A stretch of 64,000 bases of DNA from Leptogorgia sarmentosa (lineage: Eukaryota): positions 4,278,001-4,342,000 of the forward strand of contig OZ210885.1 in the NCBI GenBank assembly GCA_964658305.1, in the 5' to 3' direction. The notes under the pieces were generated by a model that was given only the letters and a program-made list of their open reading frames with translations, was not told where the DNA came from and did not search any database. Positions 24,591 to 36,700 of the stretch are shown one piece after another. Both the position numbers and the translations under genes were made by a program. Every line of letters starts with the position of its first letter. The stretch's first letter is position 1.

Positions 24591-27500
24591 ATATTAAATA
24601 GCGTTCAATGTAATTGTTTTTGCACTGAACAAAAGCTTTGTGAATTGCACGTATGGGCCACCGTACATGCGTATGATACATTCATATGTCTGCATGTTGG
24701 GTATTTCTTGAAGGTGAACTTGCAATGGATCAATTGTACCATATAGTTATACTGACTACAATATTCGAAAAAATCGTAGACATCGTCGTAGTTGCATTTC
24801 AGATATTTTCCAGAGTGAAGGAAATACTTTATTTCAGCGAAGAAAAGTTTTCAAAACAGGAGTTCTCATATTCAAATTAGCCATAACATATTGTATAAAT
24901 TGACAGATAGAATTGATTAATGCATAAAAAAACACAATGACAATATCATCAAGCATGGGAAAGTAATTGACCCCTTTAATTGGTCAATTGAATCTTTGTG
25001 TTTGTATGCGTACACAATTAATTCAAAGCACTTAGGCTTCAAATATTTAGATTGAGTTATAGCTGAGAAATTCTTGTAGTGATCATGGAGAACAAAATTG
25101 TTAATCTGAATGTTGCATTTGTTAATTTAAACAATATCTTCCAAATCCTGTTTACAATCTACATACCCGCCATTAATGCTGCGTTTGACGAATCAATACA
25201 TCACATGGATGATTCGAAGCAGTTAAACATGCTCGTTTCTAATTTGGGAAACCTTTTGAAAGCATTCTATCAAGTCATTGCCTTAGTCGCAACATGCACC
25301 CACAGCTCACTCCCAAGGCCACATATTCAAAATATAATTTTTCCCGAGTTCATATCTTTTGAATTCCCAGCAAGAGATGAGTTCAGCGATTTGGAAAAAT
25401 GCAAACATCTGTTCTGGAATCCTTTTAGACAAATTGTCCAGGATGTTGGGCCTGTGTCCTTCTACACTAGGCAAAGGCATCCCAGAGTCCGGAATAGTAC
25501 ATTCAAATCTGAACGAGATAGGGGTGAAACGTTTCGCTCAAAATCTCAAAAGAGCATACTTTTCAGCCTCTCCTAGGAGCTCCGAAGAGCGACACAGAAA
25601 ATTCTCTAAGTACCACCACCCAAGAAGACCCATATGGCAGATTGGCGACCAAGCTCACCCACCCAACAACTCATTTCCCCCCTTCCACCAAATCTCTATT
25701 CCTGACCAATTCAACCAAAGACATCCCTATATGACCCCCCATTCCAAGAAACCCTACAATCCTTATGCCCACAATCACCATAACAATACACCCTCCTACC
25801 CACGGTCAAGTTATCCAGATCAAAGAATGAAGCAGACAAGCCAACAAGGAGAAGGAAGAATACCGACTGATATGGTTTAGGCATATATCTAATAATCAAT
25901 TCTATTAGATTAAATTATCATTAGTTACATAATTCAACTACAGCAAAAATATATTCCAACTCATATCCACCCACCCATTTGAAATCAAACTTAAAAGCAC
26001 ACTGCCATAATAAAAGACTGGCAGCCTATTTTCAATGAAATTGTAAGTCTTTCTCTATCCAGAGCATGCTAACATCTCCCATAAATCTCTACAAAAATGC
26101 CCAATAACCTAGTAATCAGCACGTGGAACATCCATGGTCTCTCTAATAAAGTGCTTGGTGATAAAACTAAAATCAAGGACTTTATTGAAAATATTATGAA
26201 AACTGATCTCATATTTCTAACTGAAACATGGTGTAATAAAGAAATTGATATTCCAGACTTCAAGGCATTTGTCTCTGATCCTAGTATTCCACCCAGTAAT
26301 AAAGCATGTCGAATATCTGGTGGAATTACTCTATTAATTAAAGTGAAATTGAGAAATTTATTTCAATCGAAAAAAGATCTAAAAATTATATATGGTGCAA
26401 AGTTTCAAAAGAGATTCTTAAAAACGAAGAACATCTATACCTATGTGGTACATACATACATACCACCAGAAAAATCACATTATTTTGACAATGAAATCTT
26501 TGATGAATTACAAACTGACATAATTAATTTTGGCTCAAAAGGTAATACAATACTACTTGGAGATTTTAATGGAAGAACTGGCACACTAGTAGACTCTGTG
26601 TCCAAAGATGGAAATAATTTGATTAACGACCTAAGCGATAACAGCTTTCAACCAAAAAACAGACAGAACTTTGACAATAATATAAATAAACATGGTATAC
26701 AATTGATAAATCTATGTAAAAACACTGACTTGAGAATCCTAAATGGGAGAACTCAAGGGGAGAACAACCTTCCATGGTAGAAACGGTACTAGCACTGTAG
26801 ACTACATAATATGCAACCAAGACTCTTTTCGGAATGTTAACCGCCTTGTTGTAATGCCACCAACTTATAATAATTAATTGCATGGTTTGATATACATAAA
26901 ATAGCAACTGACAACTCAAATGACACAGCCGAACAAACTCCTCTACATAAATTACAATCACATTTTGAATGGACAGAAAATTAAAAAACTCAATTTCTCA
27001 ACTTCTCAACCCAACAGAAGTTAAATCACTTCACTCAATCCACATTCAGTAATGACCAAAATGGAATAAATGAATGTGTGACTAAATTCCAAAATATTCT
27101 AATCGATGCATGCAAAAAAACTCTAAGAATTAAGAAAAAGAAATCTAGAAGAAAAGTGACTAATTCATTAAACAAAAAATGGTTTGACAAAGAATGTCGT
27201 TTCAAAAGACACGAACTCCGTAAACTCGCTAACAAAAAACACAGAGACCCAACAAACCTAATTATTAGAAATGATTACCATACCGCACTTAAAATTTACA
27301 AAGATACTTTAGAAATGAAAAGAAACAAATTCCAAAATGACAAATTAATTAAATTAGAAAAAGCCGCTGAAAACAACACTAAATCTTTCTGGAAATCTCT
27401 ACAAAACAGCTCGGAAGAATTAGACAGTAATACTGCAAACTCAAACAACACCCCTAAAGGTGATGACTGGTTAAATCATTTCTCACAACTTCATGATGAA

Positions 27501-28395
27501 CACACACTAGCCCAAGAACATGAAGAAATTATTAAAAACCTCAAAAATGCAGAAAAGTCCAAAGATCAACACAACATGCTCGACACAGAAATAACTGAAC
27601 ATGAAATACGCGCCACAGCACTGAGATTAAAATTAAATAAAGCTGCATATTCAGACAGAATAAAAAATGAAATGATAAAATTTAGCTCAGACATTTTAAT
27701 CCAGGCATATACTAAGATGTTTAACATGATTATGAACTCTGGAACTTTCCCAACATTATGGAGCGAAGGACTCATCACCCCTAATTTTAAGTCAGGCAGT
27801 AAACAAGATCCCAATAACTACAGAGGAATTTGTGTATCAAGCTGCCTAGGAAAATTTTTCTGTTCAATTCTCCATAATAGGCTAATGCTTTTTACAAAGC
27901 AAGAAAATAGCATCCACCCCTCACAAATAGGCTTCATGCCAGGTAACAGAACAGCTGATCACATATTAACCTTAAAAACACTGCATGACAAATATGTTAA
28001 ACAACAAAACAATGAAAAAATATATGCTTGTTTTGTAGACTTCAGGAAAGCTCTTGACTCTATATGGCATAATGGACTATTCTTAAAATTATTAGAAAAC
28101 AAAATAGGTGGAAGGTTCTACGACTTGATTAAAAACTTGTACACAAATACGAAATGTGCAGTTAAAATCACAGATCATAGAACCTCCTTCTTCTCATACA
28201 GTAAAGGAGTTCGTCAGGGTTGTGTATTACGCCCAATACTATTTAATCTATATATTAATGAACTGCCAAAATTATTTGAAAAAACTATTTCTGATCCCTT
28301 CGTACTACCAAATAGCACCACAATAAGCAGTCTTCTATACGCCGATGATTTGGTTATAATATCAAGATCAAAAAATGGTCTACAAAATTGTTTAA

Positions 28396-29863
28396 AGTGC
28401 TACTGTGGTGAAAACTCGTGATCATGCAAAAAAGACCACCATTCATGAACAAATAGCCTTAGTATTGTGCTACAAGCGCTTCTGCAAAATTACAAGCGAA
28501 TGTAATGAACAACCGCAGATTTATGAGCATTTGAAATGTCTAAAATCGCTGTCCGCCATTAAAATGCGCCATCTTGAAAATATTGCGCCGCGAAGGTTTG
28601 TGACGTCATAGTCTTAACGCACAACATGAGCGCAAGTTGAATACCATACAAAATGTACAGTGCGCTTTTATATGGTATCGATTTTCTAACGTTTTATTAG
28701 CCTGTCACCTCATCTATGATCGCACTGCAAACTCAGCTTAATCAATAATACTGATGGTTTCTTACTAGCACGAATTTATGTCCCTTCAGACTTTGGCAGT
28801 CAGCTAGTCACACTTGAAGATCCTTCCTTTCAGCTATAGAAGATTGCATGCCATTGATGTTATATGTTAGCCGTGATTTGAACAATGAAAAAATCCTATA
28901 TTATTGCTGCAATGAGCCACAGAATCATACGTGCACTGATTTCTTGAGCAGTTATAGTAACGATACACAATATATCAGGATGACGATGGCTGAAAAAGGA
29001 CCTTTTTTCCCTAAAATGTTTGCTGTGTCTTAAATGGACATTGGTAATTTGAGGAGGCCAAAACACCTCAGAGACATTTGTCTATTGCTTCCATTGTCCT
29101 TAGTATTTAATATTAAAGTATAGGCTGGCATTAAAATATCCCCATACAGTTTTGAATTAAGAATCGAATACAGACAATAGTGAAGTCTCACGGTAAATTG
29201 AGTCTGTTAGATGGTATTGCGCGAAATATGGCTGCTGTTTAATAATTGAGTAATATAACCATATGCTATAATTTCAATCAATAAATTGTAAACCAAGCTA
29301 CTTTTTTTCAAATAGCATAGCGCAGAAAGAGGCGTCTTGTCACACATACCATTTTAACTGTCCAATCGGCTAAGAAATAGTGCGAACAAATCGTACAGTG
29401 TAAACAGTGCAATGAGCAAAATTTCCGCAAATGTAAAATTGACGCGGTTTCTTTGCGCAAACTTCGCCCATATTTCCCTCTAAGATTGCGGCTCGTATGC
29501 AATTATATGTACCAGTAGATTTTGTGGCATTATGGCCAAATTCCTCTAGAACAAAATGCGTTGAATGAACGTTCGAAAAAGGTGAATTTTGGCAGTATTA
29601 CGGACCTTGATATACTGTATTATACTACCGATTTTAACACAGACAAAGGTTGAGTTAAGACTATGACGTCAAAGACCTCCGAAGTGGTTGACCTTTCAAT
29701 ATGGCGGATTTTAATGGCGGATGTAAAAATTCGAAATTTATCTTCGTGTAACTGCGTGATTATTTGAGATATTGCGCTAAAATTTTGCGAAACAACTTCT
29801 CTATACGTGATCTTTACATTAATGCGAAAAATAGAAAAATGAAAATTTCACCACAGTAGCACT
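28396..29863. mobile_element. Non-autonomous TTAA-targeting DNA transposon (Kolobok-like)
   Basis: TIRs AGTGCTACTGTGGTGAAA, TTAA TSD at 28392-28395 and 29864-29867. Excision restores the LINE RT frame GLQNCL|NTLNTWSKKWLLEINLKKTKVM. AG...CT ends fit Kolobok better than piggyBac. Confidence 0.85.
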
Positions 29864-30858
29864 TTAAATACGCTTAACACATGGAGCAAAAAATGGTTAT
29901 TAGAAATAAATTTAAAAAAAACTAAAGTCATGATTCTACAAAAACACAAATCTAAACCACAAAACATTCAATTCAATATTGGAAATAAACTAGTTGATAT
30001 CACAGATGAATATACATATCTAGGAATGAAATTAACACCCAATACAAAATTTGAAATAGCTAACCAACAACTAAGCGAAAAAGCAACACATGCACTATAC
30101 ACAATTTGCAAACGGATCGGTTTCCATCATCTACCACCCAAGTAAGGATGTAGAATCTTTGACAACGTAATCTCCCCGATATTGCTTTATAACTCAGAGG
30201 TATGGGGAGCATATTATGCTGACAATGACTTTCAAAAATGGGATAAAACTTGGACTGAAAAGACCCACCTTTATTACTGAGACATCAATAAATAGCATCA
30301 TCGAAAAGCTGAAAGACAACTACATCTCCGAATGGAAACAACAACTAAAAACTCACATTTTATAACAAATTCAAAAAACAGTATAAGTTAGAAGAATACT
30401 TAACCAGTATTAAAAACACCAACCAAAGAACGATGTACACAAAATTTAGAATAAGTAACCACAAATTATTAATTGAATGTGGCCGATATCAACAAATACC
30501 ACAAGAAAGAATATGTAAAAACTGCAACAGTGGCTCAGTTGAAAACGAATTTCACTTTGCCTTCGAATGTCAAAAATACCAAAACCTAAGAGAGAATTCA
30601 AACAACATTCTAAAAAATATTTTCCAGATGGAACTAACAGCGAATTCTGAACAAGATTTGCTAACTCACGTAATGGTCAATAATGACCAAGTGTTAGCAA
30701 ATCATTTTTCGAACTTCATATCGAAGTGCTTCACAGTCAGAGACATATCGCCTTGAAATGCCTTAATATTTACCACTTTTCTAAATTTAATATATTCACT
30801 AACAAACTAATCCACTTAGCTATAGACTATAAGAAAAAAAACAATTTATGAACTACTC

Positions 30859-31019
30859 AGTAGTACTATCCCGGCACTATAGCGCCTTCCCCCAGGCCCC
30901 CACGCGTGGACCGCTGCGCGGTCACGCGGGGGAAGGCGCTATATTCCCGATAGATATTCTCGCGTGTAGATATTCACGCGTGGATATTTCTCGAGAGTTT
31001 TGTTTGCGCGTGTTTTGCG
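30859..31019 (+). repeat. Polinton left TIR
   Basis: Exact reverse complement of 50830-50990; continues into degenerate TTTTGCGCG/TGTTTGCG repeats. Confidence 0.97.
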
Positions 31020-31202
31020 TGTTTGCGCGTTTTGTGTGTTTGCGCGTTTTGCGTTTTGCGCAGAAAGGAGAGTTTTTGGGATAGGATGTGTTTAGAATTG
31101 TAATTCTAAATTCTAAACATTTTTTGGTATTTATTAAAAATAATATTTTTAAAAATATACAAAGTGATCTTATAACAGTTTTAAAATAAAGAGTGTTTCA
31201 AC

Positions 31203-31970
31203 TTAAAGTGTTTTCAACAACATAGTTTCAATAAAATCCATTGTGATGTCTTGTGTAGAAAATAAATGGGCTGTCAAACGGGATTTCTTCTTTCTCTTTT
31301 TCCTCTTTTTCTTGTTTTTCTTGTTCTTCTTCTTCACTATCGCTGCTTAAAATCTTCTGTTTTTTCCGCTGCGGAGTCATCCAATTTGAAATACGGGGTT
31401 GACTGTCGGGTATGATATCATCATCATCGTTTTTTTCTTCCTGAGGTGGTGCTTTTTTACGCTTCGGGATTCGGTATTGACTGGAGGGTATCTTTGGGAA
31501 GGTGAATCAGCTCAATATATCATCCAAGTCATCTTTTTTGTCTTCTTTAGGTGGCGTTTTAGGGATTGGAATTTCATCTTCCCATTGAAAGAAGGCACAT
31601 TGAGCCACATCATCGCGTTGCCGAGGGCAGGAGAAGAAGAGCCGTCCTTTATTGGGTCCCGGTTTTCTGACGCGACGTTTCTTTGATGTTTCGTTGTGGT
31701 AGCATCGCGGTCTTTGAACTATAGCTTTATCTCCCCACTCAAAATATTCACATCTATCTGTATGTTTTGAACACACAAAAAACGGCCGCCCGTAGTTGTC
31801 TTTTTTTCGTCGAGAACTACACGGAATTTTGCCACGTTATTATCGCAACACATGGGTGGTGCTTGGTTTGCTTTGTTAAAAGCTGTAAATGCTTTTTCGT
31901 AAAGCTCTCGATCAATATTTTTGTCTTCATTTTTGTCTTTGTTTGCGACCGACTTGTGTGGGCAATCCAT
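31203..31970 (-). pseudogene. Double GRF-type zinc-finger protein with acidic tail, disrupted
   Basis: PRCYHNETSKKRRVRKPGPNKGRLFFSCPRQRDDVAQCAFFQWED is a canonical zf-GRF. A first finger (PMCCD...DNYGRPFFVCSKHTDRCEYFEW) is split by a frameshift in the A7 run at 31801-31807. After an in-frame TGA at 31507 the frame stays open to 31203. Confidence 0.8.
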
Positions 31971-32339
31971 AATGACGATGTGATTTTGTTTTTACACGTT
32001 TCCCTTTTATAGAGCGCTTACTTGTTTGTTTTTGTACGTGCGGTTTACAAACTTACAGTTTTAAAACCTGCAAATATTTAAACCGCCGGTTTATTTACGT
32101 ACGGTTTATTTACGTGCGGTTTTGAATAATTATCTATTAATTAGTAATTTTAATTAGTAATGGGAAATTTTGAATAATTATCTATTAAGCCGTGCGGTAT
32201 TTTCCCATACACTTTTGAAAGTGTTCCAAATAAGAAACGTGCGGTTTTTAGCCAATAGAAAGCTATCGAACGTTTTATCGAACGCCTTAAAAGTGAAAAA
32301 CAATACTTGTTTTTATAGTTTTCGAGTGAACAGATCAAA

Positions 32340-33133
32340 ATGTTGTACGCAAGCGCTTACAGTAAAGCGAAGAAATTAGAGTATGAGCGAATCCGACGTG
32401 CAAAAAATCGTGTAGAGAAAAAAGAAGCACAGGTGCTAAAGCCGTGGCTTAAAAAGAAGTACACAGCAGTATATCAAGAGTTTATGAATTATTACACTAG
32501 ACTGCAAAAAGCTTACCCGACGGTGAAGAATTTGTCTGTAACACGGGAGTTTAAGAAGTTTATGGGTGTGTATTATAAAAAGACTTATATTTTTGTGTTT
32601 TAATTATGTTTTTTGTGTTTTAACAGAGGGAGACACGCTTCCAACACCACAAAACACAGGATATACGCCCGTACAGCTCTTTATACCAAGTTTGCCGATA
32701 TTGTCAGAAATGCCGAGTGTTACGGATGTGCTTCCCCTGTCGTCAAAAGACACCGCAGCAATAGTCGCCGCAGTTCCTTCTTTACCTGAAACGTCTAAAA
32801 CTGTATCTGAAACACCTATACTAGAGAGGCTACTTTCTCCGGACTACCAACCTTCACCACAGCCTGAAAGACAGCCTCCATCACCGACGACACCAGTTTA
32901 TGATCCATTATGGTCACCGTCTCCACCGCCACCATCCCCGGAGTCCAATTTACGCGAAGAAGTGGCTGAAATACTCACCGATTTATCGCAATCCTCGGTT
33001 CAGTCCGGAATGGATACCCCGCCATTTTATCCCGAGACGCTATGAAAGCTTTGACGTTACTCGGGACATAAGTGATTGGGATGATTTGTCCGATGTTATG
33101 AGTGAGGTATTGGACAGCTCAGACGATTTTTAA
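32340..33133 (+). CDS. Polinton accessory protein (basic helical N-terminus, Pro/Ser-rich and acidic tail), spliced
   Basis: A 61-bp GT-AG intron 32566-32626 joins ORFs 32340 and 32566 in frame (KKFM|EGDTLP); a possible frameshift near 33040 precedes the acidic tail. Confidence 0.65.
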
Positions 33134-33297
33134 AATTAGTGAATTTTTGTAGTAAATTTTTATACAGTTTTATTGTATTTTTAAAATAGAGTTTTTAAAA
33201 TAGAGTAGTAAATTTTTATACAGTTTGCTGTATTTTAAAGTAGAATTTTACAAAGTAATAAATTGTTTTTATAATAATTTTGTTTGTGAGTTATTTT

Positions 33298-33560
33298 AAA
33301 AAAGGGGGCGGGAACCAGTTATTAAAAAGGGGGTGGGAACTAGTTATTAAAAAAGGGGGTGGGAACCAGTTATTAAAAAGGGGGTGGGAACTAGTTATTA
33401 AAAAAGGGGGTGGGAACTAGTTATTTAAAAAAGGGGGTGGGAACTAGTTATTAAAAAGGGGGTGGGAACTAGTTATTAAAAAGGGGGCGGGAACCAGTTA
33501 TTAAAAAGGGGGTGGGAACTAGTTATTAAAAAGGGGGTGGGAATCAATTATTAAAAAGGG
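33298..33560. repeat. G-rich tandem array, about 10 x 25-26 bp (AAAAAGGGGGTGGGAACTAGTTATT)
   Basis: Read directly from the sequence, upstream of pPolB. Confidence 0.95.
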
Positions 33561-33742
33561 AATAAATTAAAATAACCTATGGTTATTTTACTGAAAGAAT
33601 ATTGAAGTGTGGTTATTTTACCGAAAGAATATTGAACCCATGGTTATTGAACCTATGGTTATCAAAGTGTGGTTATTTTACCGCACGTTTGTAAGTATAT
33701 AAGTGTTTGAGTTTTTTGCTGAAATTATTTTTATGAGCGAGT

Positions 33743-36700
33743 ATGGAGTGGCAGTGGGAAGACACAAATGATGTGTGGGTTTACGAAGTACCCGATCCAC
33801 AAACGGAGATGCAATATAGCGAGTGGGATTGGGGAGATACGAACGACTCATGGATTTGGGAAGTACCCGACCCAAGAACCATTTTAACAGATGAGAGTGT
33901 TCAGTATGGTGGAAAAAAGAGAAAGGCTAATGATGATGAAGTCAGCACCGGAGGAGTTTTATACAATTAAAGAGGTGCGACAGGTAAAGGCCAAAAAGTA
34001 TCGAACGACAGCTGTGGATTACACCGTACACTTTAATGATTTGGAGGATCTTGATCTTGTTCGCGAGTATGAACGTACTCAAGAAATTTTTGAGCACTTA
34101 CTAATTGATGTTACGGGCGGAATGGAAGAAACCGATATGATTCGATTTGTTTTACGTACAGATCAATTAGACAAACCCATATCCTTACCGTTTATGCCCG
34201 TTTCTCGGTTAACCCCAGAACGTGTTTTTTCACAAATCGAACGCATTGTACAATCCAAACAAGAGCTACGATTAAACGAGTCAGCTATTATTGATATTAT
34301 TCATGTTGAAATGCCGAATGGTAGCGGACGGAAAAAGCGAAATGCTCTTGATTTACAGAGTTATTTGCACAACAAGAGGTCAATGGTTGTTATTAAGAAC
34401 AAAGACAATCTGTGTTTAGCGCGTGCATTGGTTGTTGCTATAGCGAAAGTCGATAAAGATAGCAGGTACAAGTACTTGGTGGACTCGCGTAAATCAGCGC
34501 AGACAAAAGCGGCAAAGGAGTTACACGAAAAAGCGGGGGTTCCATTGGGATCATGTGGAATAGCCGAGGTGAAGCAGTTTCAAAAGTACCTTAATGAGTA
34601 TGAGATAAACATTGTTTCAATGGATGCAGGAAATACAATCATTTATCCTTCACAACCTATCGAAAGGGAGGTAAAACGTGTTTACCTATACCTACATAAT
34701 AACCACTACGATGTTATTACGTCAATGCCTGGATTTTTAAAACGAAGCTATTTTTGTCATATGTGTCGGAAGTCGTATGATCATACTGTGGATCATTTAT
34801 GCGATAGCCAATGCAAAATGTGTCGTGGGTTGAATTGTTTGTGGGGTGATTCAAGAGATTGTTTGGATTGCAATAGAATGTTTAAGAGCCAGACGTGCTA
34901 TGACCGTCATAAGGAACCTATTGGTGGTGGTCAGTCTGTGTGTCAACAAGTAAAGGGATGTCCAAGATGCGGAAAATCTCTAAGAGTTCATCACTTACAA
35001 AATCACTTATGTTTGCAAACAAAATGTAAAACGTGCGAGAAGATCATTGACGATAAAGATACACATTATTGCTACATGACAAAACCTGAAAAGAAAAAGG
35101 GAAGTGAGAAGGAAAGTTACGATCAACTGTTTTTCTTTGACTACGAGTGTCGCCAAGAGAATGGTGTTCATGAACCAAACCTATGTATAGTCCATAACGA
35201 GCAGGGAGACGAGTGGTGTTTTTCCGGAGAGAGTACAAACGAGGATTTTTGTGAGTGGTTATTTACAAAGGAGCATAGAAATTGTGTGTTTCTAGCCCAC
35301 AACTTTCAGGGGTATGACCGTTACTTTATTCAAAACTTTCTAAGTAAAAATGGAGTGAAATATGATGTTATTATGAGCGGAGCTAAAATTATAACCCTGA
35401 AAGTTCCGATGTTTAACATACGATTTATTGACTCGTTAAATTTTATTCCAATGGGTCTTGCTAAATTTCCAAAGACATTCGGGTTGGATGAGTTACATAA
35501 AGGATACTTTCCTCATTTGTTTAACAAGAGGGAGAATGAAAGCTACGTTGGTCCTATTCCGTGTGAACCATATTATAATCCGAATGAGATGAGTCCTGGA
35601 AATCGTAAAGCGTTTCAAAAATGGCATAAAGAGCAAAGAGACAATAATGTTGTGTTTGATTTTGAGAAAGAGATTATCAAGTATTGTAGATCTGATGTGG
35701 ATATTTTAAGACGAAGTTGTATGGAGTTTCGTGAACTGTTTAGAGATAGCACAGACATTGATCCGTTTGAAAAGTGTTTGACAATTGCTAGTGCTTGTCA
35801 ACTGGTTTACCGCACTAACTTTTTAAAGGAAAACACAATTGCTATTTTTGATTCCAAACGGGATTTGAAAGTAAAGCAATCCAACACAGCAATAAAGTGG
35901 TTATCGTACGTATCCGAAAAAGAGGGTATATGTATTGAACATGTGAGAAATGGAGGGGAGAGGCGTGATGGCAAGTACTCCTTTGATGGGTATCACGAGG
36001 AGTCAAACACAGTGTATGAGTTTCAAGGGTGTTTTTGGCATGGTGAGTAAAACTTTTTTTGTATACATAGAGGGGTTTGTATACTTAAATATCTTTTTGT
36101 TTTAGGGTGTTTAACATGTTACACACGCAATACCGTAAACCATATAAACGGGAAAACTATGGAAGATCTTTATGTTGAAACAAAAAAGAAAGTTCAATAC
36201 TTGAAGGAGGCAGGTTATAATATTGTGGAGAAGTGGGAGTGCGATCTAAAAAAGGAGCTGAATGAAAACAAGGAAATGCGACGTCATTTTGAAGAGCACA
36301 GTTTAGTGGATCCTCTACAACCTCGCGAAGCATTTTTTGGTGGGCGTACAAATGCGGTAAAGTTGTTTCACCGGTGTGAGAACGGAGAAAGAATAAAGTA
36401 CGTGGATTTTACGAGTTTGTATCCGTGGTGTAACAAGTCAACACGAATGGTTGTGGGACACCCTGAAATCATTACCGAAAACTTTGAGGACATTTCAACA
36501 TACTTTGGTCTTATAAAGTGTACAGTGTTACCACCTCGTGGGTTGTTCCACCCTGTTTTACCCTATCGCACCCCGGGTAAATTAACCTTCCCGTTATGTA
36601 AAGCGTGTGTTGATTCCACTAACCAAAACACTTGCACCCACACGGATTTGGAGAGAGCTATTCTCGGTACCTGGTGTCATATTGAGTTGTTAAAAGCGTT

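Noticed and set aside
24310..24746. ORFs with repeated QIYFALRTNLFCI peptides
   Set aside because: They are translations of the 22-bp tandem repeat, not genes.
28396..29863. piggyBac MITE or coding insert
   Set aside because: Ends are AG...CT rather than CCY...RGG, and there is no credible ORF.
30848..31084. ORFs over the TIRs (also 50655-50927)
   Set aside because: Chance frames across TIR and simple-repeat sequence.
33298..33560. Possible CRISPR array
   Set aside because: Head-to-tail repeats without unique spacers, no cas genes, eukaryotic context.
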